A stretch of DNA of 64,000 bases from Lophium mytilinum (Eukaryota), in assembly GCA_010093605.1 (NCBI GenBank), contig MU004185.1, positions 455,334 to 519,333 of the forward strand, written 5' to 3'. Of the stretch, positions 47,767-59,684 are shown piece after piece. Positions within the stretch are counted from its first letter, which is position 1, and every line of letters starts with the position of its first letter. Under the pieces are notes generated by a model, which saw nothing but the letters and a program-made list of their open reading frames with translations, was not told the DNA's origin and searched no databases. A program made the translations under genes and the position numbers.

Positions 47767-49887
47767 GAAGCTCGTCAGAGGGGACGATATCTCGACTAGA
47801 TCTCGGCCATGGTGGAGAACGGGCAAGCCGCCGCTTCGATGCACGTCACTGATATCGCAGTAGCAGTTGACGTCCGCCTACAAGGCTTTGCCGCAACGCC
47901 AAATTCCTGACATAATTCTAGGCCATCGGCCACCGGACTGAATCACGACCTGATGAATTCTGCACCACAATCTCGACTCCTTCCCACAGCTGCAGAGGAC
48001 GTATCAGCTATGGAAGTTTGGATGCTTGCAGTAATATTACATGCCATATTTCATTTCGGTGACCGGCTATGGTTTTGGCGAAATTCAAAGAGCCCATTGT
48101 CGAGTGAGACTGCGGGGAAACTCGACAAAAGTTCCGGACTGCGAAGATCATGGAGCCGCCATGTCCAGCAATTTTGTATGCCCTCTGGTGCGACACGCCA
48201 TTATCTTACTCAAGGTTGGCGAATGTAGACATTGGGAGCAACTGTTGGGAACATGGGAAGAGAAGGGAACATTTCACGAATGAATGCATGATTCACAAGA
48301 GCATATAAGATCGCACGCACGTCTAGCATGTTCGTCTCAGTTTTTGTATGTTTCCATGTTCCAAAATCTGGCATGTCCAGTCGGAGTTTTTCTTTACAAA
48401 CGACCCTATCATGAACTGCTCACTACAGAACCGGGGCTTTTGTACAGTACTCCTCATTCGGCATCCCGGCATGGAGAGTTATGGAACTCGAGCATTGCAC
48501 TTTCTCTCCTTCAACGCTTTTTCTATCTGTCATGACTATTATCGCGCTTGACGTCTTTGTTTGTAGCCCGCCTAAGGCTCTATAGACCCTCCGTCTTGAA
48601 ACCCACGTATGGATAATCCCATCCAACACCCACCCTGGAGCACCGTCGTCGTCATCGCGTCAAAAGTAACCTTCACGTTGATCTCGATTACCGCATCCCC
48701 CGCATACCCGCTTCGCTCGCCGTGCACTCTAGGGAGTCCGTGCGAAGCACAATGGTCTAGAGGCTAACCGTCAGCCATGCCCACGCTGCCGCAGGGGGGG
48801 AAGCGGTGCGCTATCGCACCGCACCCGCCTTCCGCGCGCACGAGGCGCCGGGCGGGTTTCTGGGGAATGCACTGCGCTGATAACGAGCTAGTATTTCCTA
48901 ATTCCCGGCTGTAGCGCGGCGGCGGGTCATCTTCGTGCTTTGCCTCTCGCTTGTATGTATCCGGCAACTGCTGGATGATGAGAAAACACATATCCATATC
49001 CTAGTCAAATTCTCTGTGTATCTTCACTATCACTAGCCAAGCTATGGTTTGCAAGTATTTATCTTAGCGCTCGCCCTTCGCCCCTCTATACTTCGTGTGC
49101 GAGTCCTTCATAAGAGTCAGTCAAACGCTCGCATGTATGTACCCGAAGTACATACAGCACCCCACGATGCCGACTCAAGAAGCGCCGCCTCCTTCTCGCT
49201 TTAACGCTTTCCCAGCAACTTATACCCATGCACAATCATGAATCTATCTGGCAAAGTCCACGGAACCCCATCGCTAACCGGGTTCGAGGCGGCCTTGCAA
49301 CACTCCACCCGCACCTTGGCAACGCGCCAGCCATCATACGTTGTGGGCAGCCGCGGCGAGGGAGGAGGTTCTAGAGCGCTCGGCTGCCGCTTTCCCGAGC
49401 GTGCGCTGGAATTGCGCAGATACTGTAGGTGCGTATGTACATACATAAAGTAGATATCAGGGAATGGGGACGCTGGTGTGCTGGGTGTTTATTAGACGGA
49501 TTTCAACGGAATTACGCTAGTATCTGCACGGCGGTCAGCTAGGCTCGGAGGGGTAAGAGGTGTGCCAATTTTGGTGGTAACACTAACAAATTGGCACAGG
49601 GGGCTACCCTAGCCGCCATTAACGCGTGATTTTCATAAAAATTAGATTTTAATTTCCACCCGTTTAAGGCCTCTATATACGGCTTAGGCTGCCCGGCTTA
49701 GTATTATAGATTATAAGGTTATAGGTAATTAGCGTAGAGCCTCTAATAATATAGATTAGACGTTGTTTTAGTATAATAAGGTAAGGATTTTATCTACTAG
49801 CTATTAGCACCTATATCTTATTTAATTTTAATTATTTAAATGTATTAAAATATAGAAAATTATTATAATTCTTGCATTACTACCCTT

Positions 49888-51072
49888 ATAGCCCTTCTAG
49901 GTAGTATTGCAGCTGCCGCGGCCGCTGCTATTAACGTTAGTAAGCTCGCGGAGCTATTAGATAAGGAAGAACATGCCCTCGCTAATAATAAGGCCGCTAA
50001 GATAGATAAGATAGAGGCTAAAGAGGAAGTTAATAAGGTTCTAGATAGCTTTATTTCTTAACTATGTAATCTACTACTATATAATTAGGTTAACTTTATA
50101 TACTAGTTTAATAATAAGCTTACTAATAAGCGCGCGCGCTTTAAGATGCGCTTTAACTGTAAGGAAATTAGACAGTTAGCTATACTTCTCTAGCTTAATA
50201 AGATTAAGTATACTTATAGGCGTTATTTTTATTTAATTCTCTTACTCTATATACTCCTTTAGCGCCTTTTAATACTACGCTACTTTAGTAATATACTAGT
50301 AGTATTTAAATATAGCTACTTATAGCTTTATACTATATTTAGAGATACTATTATCTTTCTTATAAATTAGTAGTAGTAGCGGCTATACTAGAATAGGCGG
50401 CAGCTTACGCGCAAGAAGCTAGAGGAGTATATAATAGCTACAGAACCTTATCTAGATATTAGTAAAGTCTAGAGCTATATAGATAGAACTACTCGCCTAA
50501 TTATATAGCTAAAGAACCTCTAGATCTAGTAGATAATATACTCCGGGTATAAAAAGCACTACTACCTTAAGTTCTAGTCCGTTATTACTCCTAACAGCAT
50601 AATCTAGTCTCTTGCTAGGCTATTTCTAGGTAGTACCGGCAACTTTATAATAATAGAGAAGTCCAGGCTATCTATAAAGCTAGTAGAGCTATATAGTAAC
50701 CTTCTACTAGAGGAAGTTTAGTATCTTTATAGTAATTCCGTATATATTAATAGATAGGGCATAATTAGTACCTTTAAAGGGAGGCTAAAGGAATATATAG
50801 CTTAGCGCCCTAATTAATATTAGTATAATAAAGAGATAGCAAGCCTATATATAGCTATTAAGCACGGCTTTAGTTTAGTATTAAAATACTAGAGTTTTAG
50901 TTTATTTAGGTTAGTAATAAGAATAGAATTATTGCCTATAAGAAGCTATTATATTGTTACTATGCTACTAATAAATTATTTAAGCTATTTCTAGGGTAAT
51001 TAGATAGCGGACGTGTATAATATAGGCACGCCTAATATTAAGAAGTACCTAGGCGTTAAGGAGGGCGTATAG
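49888..51072 (+). pseudogene. Harbinger (DDE_Tnp_4/HARBI1-like) transposase relic
   Basis: One frame reads V*SYIDRTTRLI, YSGYKKHYYLKF*SVITPNSI, LYSNSVY and YNKEIASLYIAIKHGF. These are C>T/G>A versions of WGYIDGT, YSGHKK.H.LKFQ.V.TPDG, LYGD.AY and MAS.RI.VEHGF. Confidence 0.85.
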
Positions 51073-51499
51073 AAGTATAGAATTAAGGTTATAGTAGGCT
51101 AAATTATAGTATTACTATACTTATATAGCCTTTCTATTTTATGCAGCCTTTCTATTTTATTACTAGTATGTAAACTAACGTTACTACTACCTATTACGCG
51201 AGAAATTAGCTAATTAGACGCGTTTATTTAGGTTTAGCTCCCGCTAGCTCGCAAAATAAGTAAGGAAAATTAAAACTCTATAGATAATATTAATTTTACG
51301 TCTACCTACTTTATATGTATAAAACTAATACTAAAAGTCTATTAATTTATTTAAAAACAACTAGAAAATATAGCTAATAGTTACCGCTATAATTTGCACT
51401 ACTTACTTTCTACCTGCAAGTAATAGCGTCTAAAATATATTAGTTATAAGAAGTAGAACTAAAAAAATAGAAGTCTCTAGGGGTATTAGGCCCTAAATT

Positions 51500-52700
51500 A
51501 AGGCTAGCTAGGCTAGCCACCTCTATAGGGCTATATTTCTCTGCTAATAACGCCCTCTTATTCTCTCCTCTATTAATAATACTCTCCTTTCTTTCTCTAT
51601 TATTATTAATCGCATGTTCTATATTACTAGCAACCTCGCTAAGAGTTCTACTATACTTAGCGCCCTTAGTTACCTTAGTTTAAACATAAGACGGCCGCTT
51701 AGAGTCTCTCTACATCTTTTCTATATTAGTAATCGCCCTCTTATAGTATAGTTAATTAGTAGTATAGTAGGACGCCTGCAGCTCCTTATAGTTACTTACT
51801 ATTTAAGTAGAATCTATTATAGCCTAGATAGAAATTACTAGGCCCTATATAAAGGCCTTAAATAACTCTCTCTATTCTACTATTATTCTCTTAATTTAAG
51901 CCTTAGCCTTAGCTACATAGCGCCTCTCTCTCTTATCTATATAAGTAATTTAATGCTTTTTAACCTCTTAACGCATGCGGTATATAGCTATAAACCCCCC
52001 GCGGCGTAGAGGTTCTCTACTAGGCCTCCGCTAAGGCCGCGGCGCCTCCTCTAGTGCATTAATATTATTAATTCCTTTCTTTATACTAATTAAGCGCGTA
52101 AGGTTAATAATAATAGCCTGCCGCTAGCTATTATAGGTTTATACCTTAGGCAGGCCTTAGAGCTTCTTTTTAATTACCTTATTTATATCTACCGCCTTTA
52201 TAATAAAGATGTTAAGCTACTATAGGTACTTATTATCTCTCTATACTATTCTAGTCTCCTCTCTCTCGCCCTTTTAGATAGTAATTCTCTTATTAATTTT
52301 ATTCTTTAACTAATTATATCTATTATAGAAGTTATAGCCGCGCTCTATACAGCCTATAAGCTTATTTATTATTACTACTATCCTCTTTACGTACGCCTTA
52401 AGCTAACGCTTACGGGCCTAGTAGCGGTACTAGTTTAGTAGCTTAATAAAGTAGAGCTATTTAGCCGGCCTTAATTACTTATATATCTCTAGAGAAATAA
52501 TATTATAGAAGGGCGGAAGAACTATTAAGGCGTTCTTATTCTCTATCTTAGGGTGCTTTTAAGTCTATAGAACGTTATCTATATTATTATCCAGCTTAAT
52601 AAGCTCTAGCTATTTATTCGCGTTAATCTTATAGAGCGCGCGGCGAGGCCCTAGAGCCTATAGAGGAGCCTATAGAGGCTATAGAGGTATTACTAAAGGC
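51500..52700 (-). pseudogene. Harbinger accessory (putative Myb/SANT-like DNA-binding) ORF relic; ends approximate
   Basis: Long K/E/R-rich RIP-riddled frame including KGEREETRIV*RDNKYL**LNIFI, reconstructable to ETG....DDEYLQQLD; convergent with the transposase. Confidence 0.5.
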
Positions 52701-52742
52701 TTAGAGTAAGAAATAATTAGATAGAAGGGTAGCAGCGCGTAT

Positions 52743-52817
52743 TATAGAACTGCGCGTAGCTATAGAACTACGCGCGGCTATAGAACTCTATATAGCTATA
52801 GAACTCTAAGCGCGGCG
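52743..52817. repeat. 18-bp tandem repeat (tatagaact...gc)x4 inside the transposon
   Basis: Units start at 52743, 52761, 52779 and 52797. Confidence 0.8.
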
Positions 52818-54770
52818 TTAAAAAGAGAGAAAATATTAGGCTAGTAAGAGGATATTATAATATAATAAAAATTAAGGTTTATATAGAGATTATAAGAATT
52901 TAAGGTAGAAGCTAATAATAGATTATAATAGGGCAATTCTACTACTAATAAAACAGTGTATAGATCTTTCTCCTCTTAAATATTTAGTTAAGGGCTTTCT
53001 ATAATATTTCTATATCTTCTACTTTCTCTCCTCTCTCTATATTATCGGCCGGCCGTTTTTATTAAAAATAGTATTAAAAATATAAATCTTATTATATATT
53101 TAACCTTCTATATAGTCTTAGGCCTCCTTTACAGCCTTATATATAGCCTTAGGCCTTAATTATAGTATAGGCAATTATAATATAAGAAAGTTAAGAATTC
53201 TTAAGAGGATCTATAGATTATTAGGGCTATAATAAGATAGAACAGGCTAGCAGCCTTATCTTAGCGGCGCCTTACTATATACGGCCTGCACAAGCTGCCT
53301 TAATTAGAGACCTTATCTAAGGTCTCCGGGCATGCAGGCCTTACGCTAGGTATACCGCTAACTAGGGGGCCCCCTACTAGTGGGCATTTTGTGAAAATTT
53401 GTGAATACCAAGCTAACCAGGGGCCTGCAGTAGCTCAAGCCTCATCACACCGATTTACGTGGCGAATTTCCTCCTACGGCCGTGCGATTCGTCTCTGAAA
53501 TCCGTCTATTGATCCGCGAGGTGATTGATCGACGCCGCATACATACTGGCCTGGCTCGCTGGCTAGCTAGCCGGAGGAATGTCCGTAGCGGTTACGACCA
53601 ACACAGCGTGCAGCGCTTCCCGCTCTTGATGGCTGGCTGGGAGGGGATTGTGGAGTGCTTTTACCCTCGTGTGTGGATGCGAAGGGACGACGATCACTCC
53701 ACGGACTGGGTTCTGACGGGGGAGGTGGGCGCGAGCGGCGTGAGAGGGGCGGCATGCGAAGCCGAGAGCAGCCTTGCAGGGGATGGCGAGGGGGCTGGGA
53801 TGTGGGCAGGGGGGTGGGATCGGTAAGGGGTGGGTTGGGCTGGGGTTGGGGATTTGTGGTGATGGGGAGGGTTGTGGTTGTGGTGTGGTTACATAGGGGA
53901 GATTTGAGTATCAAGAGGTGATGGGGGGCAGGGTAATGATACTAGGTTAGGTTGGGAGGGAAAGAGGTGGAGATGAGAGGAGGTGAGGTTGGAGATGGGG
54001 AGACATGTGATCGTCACGTGATGTTGTACGATGGGATGGGAGGGAGGTCTTGTTCGGACAATAGTCATTGAGCTAAGTAGGCTAGAGGGCTTCTCAATTT
54101 CACCCTCGTGGTGGCACGCTGGCCGCTCATCACTACTTTATGGTTGCCCCCTTCGTTGTTTGCAGATGCTGGCCGCATGTAAGCTGGCTAATTCAGCTTT
54201 CTTCTCCGTCTCATATTGATTTTGTATCATTTGCGTCGGCGCGTGAGGGCCTCTCCAGTATAATTTAACGTCCTCTTCAAGAAGGAATGGTTTTTTCTTG
54301 TCCAATTCGGTGACCAAATGGGGGGCCATGAACATCACACAACACCGACAGCAATACACTTTCGTCAGAAACGCCTCAAGCTAGAATTAAGATTACTGTG
54401 AACTTAAATTTCTCTTATCATCTCCTCTTATCATCCTATATCATTGATCTCTGCTACCATCTCGCTGCCTCAACGTCAGAAACAATACGAAAGCCGTACC
54501 TCAAGCCACGTCCATGTTCACATCTCCTATCACATCAAGTAACGACCAGGTCACGCATTCAGAAGGAGCAGGCACAGCGCAGAAGCAAAGCCCGCAGCAC
54601 ATCGCCAGAATACAGCGGCATTGCAACGCAGCGTACGGCCTGATTGCGAGAAGAAGTAGGGGCCGCATAGTCCCCGGTGGTGGGGTCTCGTGGATTAGCA
54701 AGGACGTGGTGGAGGTTGTGACTGGGCTGTCTGGGCTGACTTTGTTGCTGGGTTGAGGATGATGGCGGAG

Positions 54771-54941
54771 TGGGAGTAATGGGAGTAATGGGAGTAATGG
54801 GAGTAATGGGAGTAATGGGAGTAATGGGAGTAATGGGAGTAATGGGAGATATGCGAGAAATGCGAGAAGTGTAAGAAGTGTAAGAAGTGTAAGAAGTGTA
54901 AGAAGTGTAAGAAGTGTAAGAAGTGTAAGAAGTGTGAGATA
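54771..54941. repeat. Compound 9-bp minisatellite
   Basis: (tgggagtaa)x8, tgggagata, tgcgagaaa, tgcgagaag, (tgtaagaag)x7, tgtgagata, all in one 9-bp register. Confidence 0.95.
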
Positions 54942-55302
54942 GACGAGTGAAACTACTTAAAGGGGCGGAAGTGGCCAAAGATATTGGACGATGAGGGTAC
55001 ACCAGAAGGGTAAGGCAAGGCACGTTTTTGTAAGAACATCGAACGGGTTCATACAGCATATTACCGTGACACAACTTGCTCTTTTCCTAGTAAAGGGACG
55101 AATGGGTATGAAATTGGGGCTCCTCTCCTTCCGACATCGGCCAAACTGCCGAATTGACTCGCTCCAGGGATATTCAGGCGGCCAAACTCGAGCAGAACGA
55201 GTGCGACGACTTTCTACTCTGCCCTGCTTCAGAGGAAACCCACCAGTACTCTGAAAGACAAGACTACTGAAACAGCTGAAGCTATCATGCTTCCATGACC
55301 TC

Positions 55303-55761
55303 CTACAAAAACATCCCCACCCCACTCCCAAAGAATAACAACCCCAACAGCACCACCGCCCCCTTGGAGACTCCTGTGTGCACAACCGCCCCGGGCACGC
55401 CGACCCCCGAACTCGTCGTTCCCGGGTTGTTCGTGCTCTCGTTGCCTATCGCGTCGGCTTCCCCATTGCACAGGATACCACCCGATTTCATCTGCAAGCC
55501 AATGCAAGCCGTCAATTCCCCCACAGTCTGCTCTTGGGCGAGGCAGTACACGGAGCAGTTGCTGCTGTACTCGACGACGGGTTGTCCTTTGCAGCAGAAG
55601 GTAAGGTCGTCGAAGGCGGCGGTGGCGTTTGCTCCGTTCAGGATGGCGCATGCGGGGCGGCCGTCAGGGATGCTGTCGAGATATTGGGAGCAGGTTTGCG
55701 TGTTTGAGGGGAGGGCGCTAGAGACGACGGTGGAGGGGAGGACGGAGCTTGTGAGTGACAT
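55303..55761 (-). CDS. Small 8-Cys fungal protein with S/T/G linker and hydrophobic C-terminal (GPI-like/tail) anchor
   Basis: C..P...ACA...CC...Y...C..YCLAQ.QTV.EL..C...C pattern; ends GAVVLLGLLFFGSGVGMFL; TATA-like elements upstream on the - strand. Confidence 0.7.
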   Translation of the reverse strand: MSLTSSVLPSTVVSSALPSNTQTCSQYLDSIPDGRPACAILNGANATAAFDDLTFCCKGQPVVEYSSNCSVYCLAQEQTVGELTACIGLQMKSGGILCNGEADAIGNESTNNPGTTSSGVGVPGAVVHTGVSKGAVVLLGLLFFGSGVGMFL

Positions 55762-57127
55762 GTTTTGGGCGTGCTTGGCGGGTTTGATGGATCTTTGGAG
55801 GCTGTTCTGATGTTTGCAGCTAGATAGATGCGTTTGCTGGTTTGATAGAAAACAAAACTCGCGACTTTGGTTTAGAGGGAATATAATGTGTGACGAGACA
55901 AACAGATTGGGTTAAAGAAATAGCGGAATGACATCCATTAGTCCCGGAGTGAAGGACCTATATAGGTTTCATAGCCCTCTGCAACGGCCGTAGATGCCCT
56001 AGGGCTCGCTTGTTTTTATACGAGTATATTACCATATCGCGACGAAGCATCATGCCAAGATGTAAGGATTAGCGCTTTTATGACTAGAAACTGTTCAGCC
56101 AAGGACGGGCTATGTTTGTCGTAGATTAGGGGTGGCTTGGCGACGTGCTCAGCCCTGCGCTGTATAACCTGTGCCCGGGCGTCCGGCACACCCAAGGCTG
56201 ATAGATGTCGCCTGAACCCATTCTAGACGCTACGGTCTTTGCTCTTGCTCTTGAATGGGAAGGTAAGTCATTGGATTGTATGTTGGTGGCGGTGAGGAAA
56301 GGTTGACAGGCAGGGACAATCTTGAACCCGGCAGGGGAGCATCTATAAGAACATTCGGTCAGAGAGGTGGAAAAGAACGCATACCGAAGCATATCGACGA
56401 GACAAAGACCTAACAGTCCATATACAGAGTAGAAAGAGCTGACGTCAGGGTCCATGTCGGCATCGCTGAGACACATTGGTTTCAGCAGTCGCTCAGCTGC
56501 AGTGCACACCCTCCTGCTTTTCTTCAAACAGGCGGTTATGCTGTGCTTCCATAACACGATACTTTGCACGCTATGGGTCTTTGTAGCCCGAAGGTGGAGG
56601 TCCCAATTCACCGGTAGGAGACGGGAAGAGTTTCAGCGTCTCTAGCGTTGCCAGGCAGACGGCGCCTCAGAGCCCTCGTCCACAAGGCTGCGTGAAAGCA
56701 CGTGACAGATCGCCGGATTAAGGTACGACCTTGCCCTGCATCTAGCCATTCACTATTTCACCATTCTACACCTGCAGCAGCCGACACACGTATAACATCA
56801 GAGTTTCCTCACTACAGTGCGAGCTGGCGCCGCGACATGATAGTCTCAAGACGCCGGTAAACCGCCTGCGCATGCATACGGACATCGAGATGACACATTC
56901 ACCGACATCAAAGATATCCTTCCAATTAGGTGCCCACGGACTCTTCACCTTTCTACATGCTGATACACCGGAACTGTATCTCGGCCTACAACCTATTGCG
57001 CAGTGCCAACAGCTGCACCATCATATAACCAACCTTTAGCATTGCTCTCCGCCTCGCCCTTTAATACTCCTCACTACCTCTCTACAACACCCACAGTCTC
57101 TACAGCACAGCATTTTTCAGTATCGAA

Positions 57128-58429
57128 ATGTCTCAGGCCAGCGCACCCACCACTCCGAAGGGTAAGTCGCTTGCCGAACAGAGCGCGACGTTCTCAGCCC
57201 CTGTGTCGAAAACGTCTCCACTGGGGTTCAAGTGGCGCATGCGATCCCAGTCTAACGGTAAGCTGCCAATTTTAGGGCAGAGCCCGTGTCAAAACAAACC
57301 ACCGCCCTACCCGTCTCTTCCTTCGACACCCTCACTCGAGCCCGCATCGAACTCCGTTGACACCCATTATCCTTCGACATCTCACCACACATCTTCTCAT
57401 GCTAACAATACCCGCGACTCAGCGTCTCCGCCCTTGTCATCGATACCACCGCAACTCGACCTGTTCACCTCGGGGAGCTATGTGATGAGCGGGCTGTGGA
57501 ATGCTCAAGAAGCTCTAAACAACTCGCCAAGTCCATCGCCGCCGCCAGGAGGTTTCCTCGCCATGCACTCGTCGCCGCGAAACGTCTCCGGGCCCATCCG
57601 AATCGATACCGCGACCTCCCCAGATCCGTCGTCGCAAGGAAAATCCCCCTGGCAGACGAACCCGCACTCAAACAATACCAAAACCTCGCAATTTATCGAC
57701 AAACTACAAGCCGAGAATGACCGCCTACGACGAGACCTAAAGGCCGAGAAGCTGGCGCGGGAAGAGGACTTGAGGAGGTTGGGCGCTGCCAAATCAATGG
57801 CCGAGGACTCCCGGACAGAACACCAACATCTCCAAGTGCTAGCCGATACCAACGCGAGAGCGCTAGAGCGCAAAGACCGGAAGCTCGAGGAGCTCAAGGC
57901 TACACTAGAAGCCGAGCAACGACGTCGCATCTCGGCTGAGGAGCGCGAGGCGGAGATGAGCAGAATCCTCGGCGAGACACGCTCTGAGACACAACGAGAG
58001 CTAGCGAAGGCCGTGACCCTTCAACAACAAGCCGAGGCTCATGCAGAAGCTGCCCAGTCTGGCTTCAAGCGCATCCAGGACAGCTACGAGCGCAAAGTGC
58101 AAAGAATGGCGAAAGACCTGGTTGCGCTGAAGAAGCAACGCGCCGACGACGCCGAGAAAATCAAGAAGCAGGCTGTCGTCGGCGACCAACTGGCCCAGGA
58201 GTGCGAGAAAGCTTTCAAGTCTGAGAATAGCATGACAGATTTGCTCGCAGCCTACAAGAAGGAGCACGAGCAGGGTATGGAAGCGTTGGTGGCAGAAGCC
58301 CGGCGACTCCGAATCGCCCTCCCGACCAAAGAAGCTGCTGCAGACGGTTTGATCGAGGAGATGAGGCAGACTGCGGACAAGATGAAGTGGGTGATGACCC
58401 AGAAGAAGTACCAAGAGCAGAAGCGTTGA
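57128..58429 (+). CDS. Coiled-coil protein resembling filamentous-fungal She3-like proteins
   Basis: S/P-rich N-terminus, then IDKLQAENDRLRRDLKAEKLAREE...RALERKDRKLEELKATL...KMKWVM; probable in-frame intron 57162-57275. Confidence 0.7.
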   Translation: MSQASAPTTPKGKSLAEQSATFSAPVSKTSPLGFKWRMRSQSNGKLPILGQSPCQNKPPPYPSLPSTPSLEPASNSVDTHYPSTSHHTSSHANNTRDSASPPLSSIPPQLDLFTSGSYVMSGLWNAQEALNNSPSPSPPPGGFLAMHSSPRNVSGPIRIDTATSPDPSSQGKSPWQTNPHSNNTKTSQFIDKLQAENDRLRRDLKAEKLAREEDLRRLGAAKSMAEDSRTEHQHLQVLADTNARALERKDRKLEELKATLEAEQRRRISAEEREAEMSRILGETRSETQRELAKAVTLQQQAEAHAEAAQSGFKRIQDSYERKVQRMAKDLVALKKQRADDAEKIKKQAVVGDQLAQECEKAFKSENSMTDLLAAYKKEHEQGMEALVAEARRLRIALPTKEAAADGLIEEMRQTADKMKWVMTQKKYQEQKR

Positions 58430-58967
58430 GTGTTGGTCAAGCGTTGCACTACTGAGCGAGTGTGGAAAGAGGATGGAATGTTTGAATATTTTACGACATA
58501 ACGAACTTGGGATAGAGCGAATCGCAAAAGGAACCACCTGTACAGTAATCGCAACCGGACTGTGTAAGGATATAAAACCTGGGGTAATGGGATCGGCCGG
58601 CTAAGCTAATCGGGTCAGTGCATAGATTTGGGAAACGGATCTAGTGCCCTTGGTTAGCAAAGGCGCACTCGTTTTAGAATTTCATTGTGTTAACTCTGCA
58701 TTCTTCTCGGGCCTCATGATCTGCTGAGCGCTCATTGTCTTGTCTTTGCCATTTCTTTAGTTTATCCTGTGCTGATGAGATAATCCAAATTTCAGCCATG
58801 CTAACTCCATTAAAGAACAACTATTCTAGCGCAACCAGATTATCGGAACAGACCCGTCATCTCAAGCATTTGTACCAGCCCCAAACTCGTCATCTCCCTA
58901 ATTTTGTCCCCATATAAATCGTCCACAGTCGTTGATCAATCCTTATTTACGTTGTCTATTTCCAGAT

Positions 58968-59684
58968 TTAATCTCGCAGGTTGAACCGTCCAATCCTGTT
59001 CCCCCGCTCGACCTCTGCCTTATCAGCTGCTTTCTCTAAGAGCGTCTCCATCTCATATATCTCTCTATCGATCTGCTCGGCCTGTTGTTCGTCGATTTCC
59101 TCTGTCTCAAGCCGCTCCTCCTCAGCCTCTTCCTTTTTTATCAGCTCCGATTGTTCCTCCTCAGAAGATTCATCAGCCTCTTCGTCTTCGCTGTCGGCTG
59201 CTTCATCCATCGCAAGCTCCCATTCGGCGATTTTCTCCACTCTGTCTTGTCTCATCTGATGCAGCTCCATCGTTAACTTCCTCCAATCAAGGCGTTTCTG
59301 CTCTGTCGCCTCCGCGAGTTTCTTTTCTTTTTCTAGCAGCTCCGCCAATTCCTCTTCTATCTCAGCTAGGAGGTCCCTGGCCCGTCTCTCCTCAATCCGC
59401 TTCTCTAGTTTCTGCATTGATAGTACCATCTTTTTCTTATGCATGACTTTCAGCTCGTTCTGCATATCGGCTGATCTATCGATTTTCTGGCCCCTCTTAG
59501 CCAACTCCCACGCCGCCTGATGCATCGACAGCAGCTTCTTCGACGCCGCCAGCCATGCTTTTGATCCCCATGGTTTCTCAGCTTGCTTGAAAAAGAGTAC
59601 TTCCACTCGGTCTGCGAAATCTTCCCTCTGGGCGGGGTTTAATAATTTTAGGTAGGCGATCCAGTAGGGGCGTCCTGCGGCCAT
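58968..59684 (-). CDS. Hypothetical coiled-coil protein with acidic C-terminus
   Basis: 238-aa ORF with E/K heptads; TATA-like sequence ~100 bp upstream on the - strand. Confidence 0.6.
   Translation of the reverse strand: MAAGRPYWIAYLKLLNPAQREDFADRVEVLFFKQAEKPWGSKAWLAASKKLLSMHQAAWELAKRGQKIDRSADMQNELKVMHKKKMVLSMQKLEKRIEERRARDLLAEIEEELAELLEKEKKLAEATEQKRLDWRKLTMELHQMRQDRVEKIAEWELAMDEAADSEDEEADESSEEEQSELIKKEEAEEERLETEEIDEQQAEQIDREIYEMETLLEKAADKAEVERGNRIGRFNLRD

Larger units (their letters stand above)
49598..53376. mobile_element. PIF/Harbinger DNA transposon, RIP-inactivated, with two convergent ORF relics
   Basis: Sharp ~3.8-kb TpA-rich, CpA/TpG-poor block. Imperfect terminal inverted repeat (agggggctaccctag at 49598 vs ctagggggccccct at 53362-53375). 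DDE_Tnp_4-like relic on +, accessory ORF relic on -. No TSD identifiable. Confidence 0.8.

Noticed and set aside
54559..55074. 171-aa ORF with SYT/TPI repeats
   Set aside because: Starts at a non-ATG codon and its length is largely due to the stop-free minisatellite.
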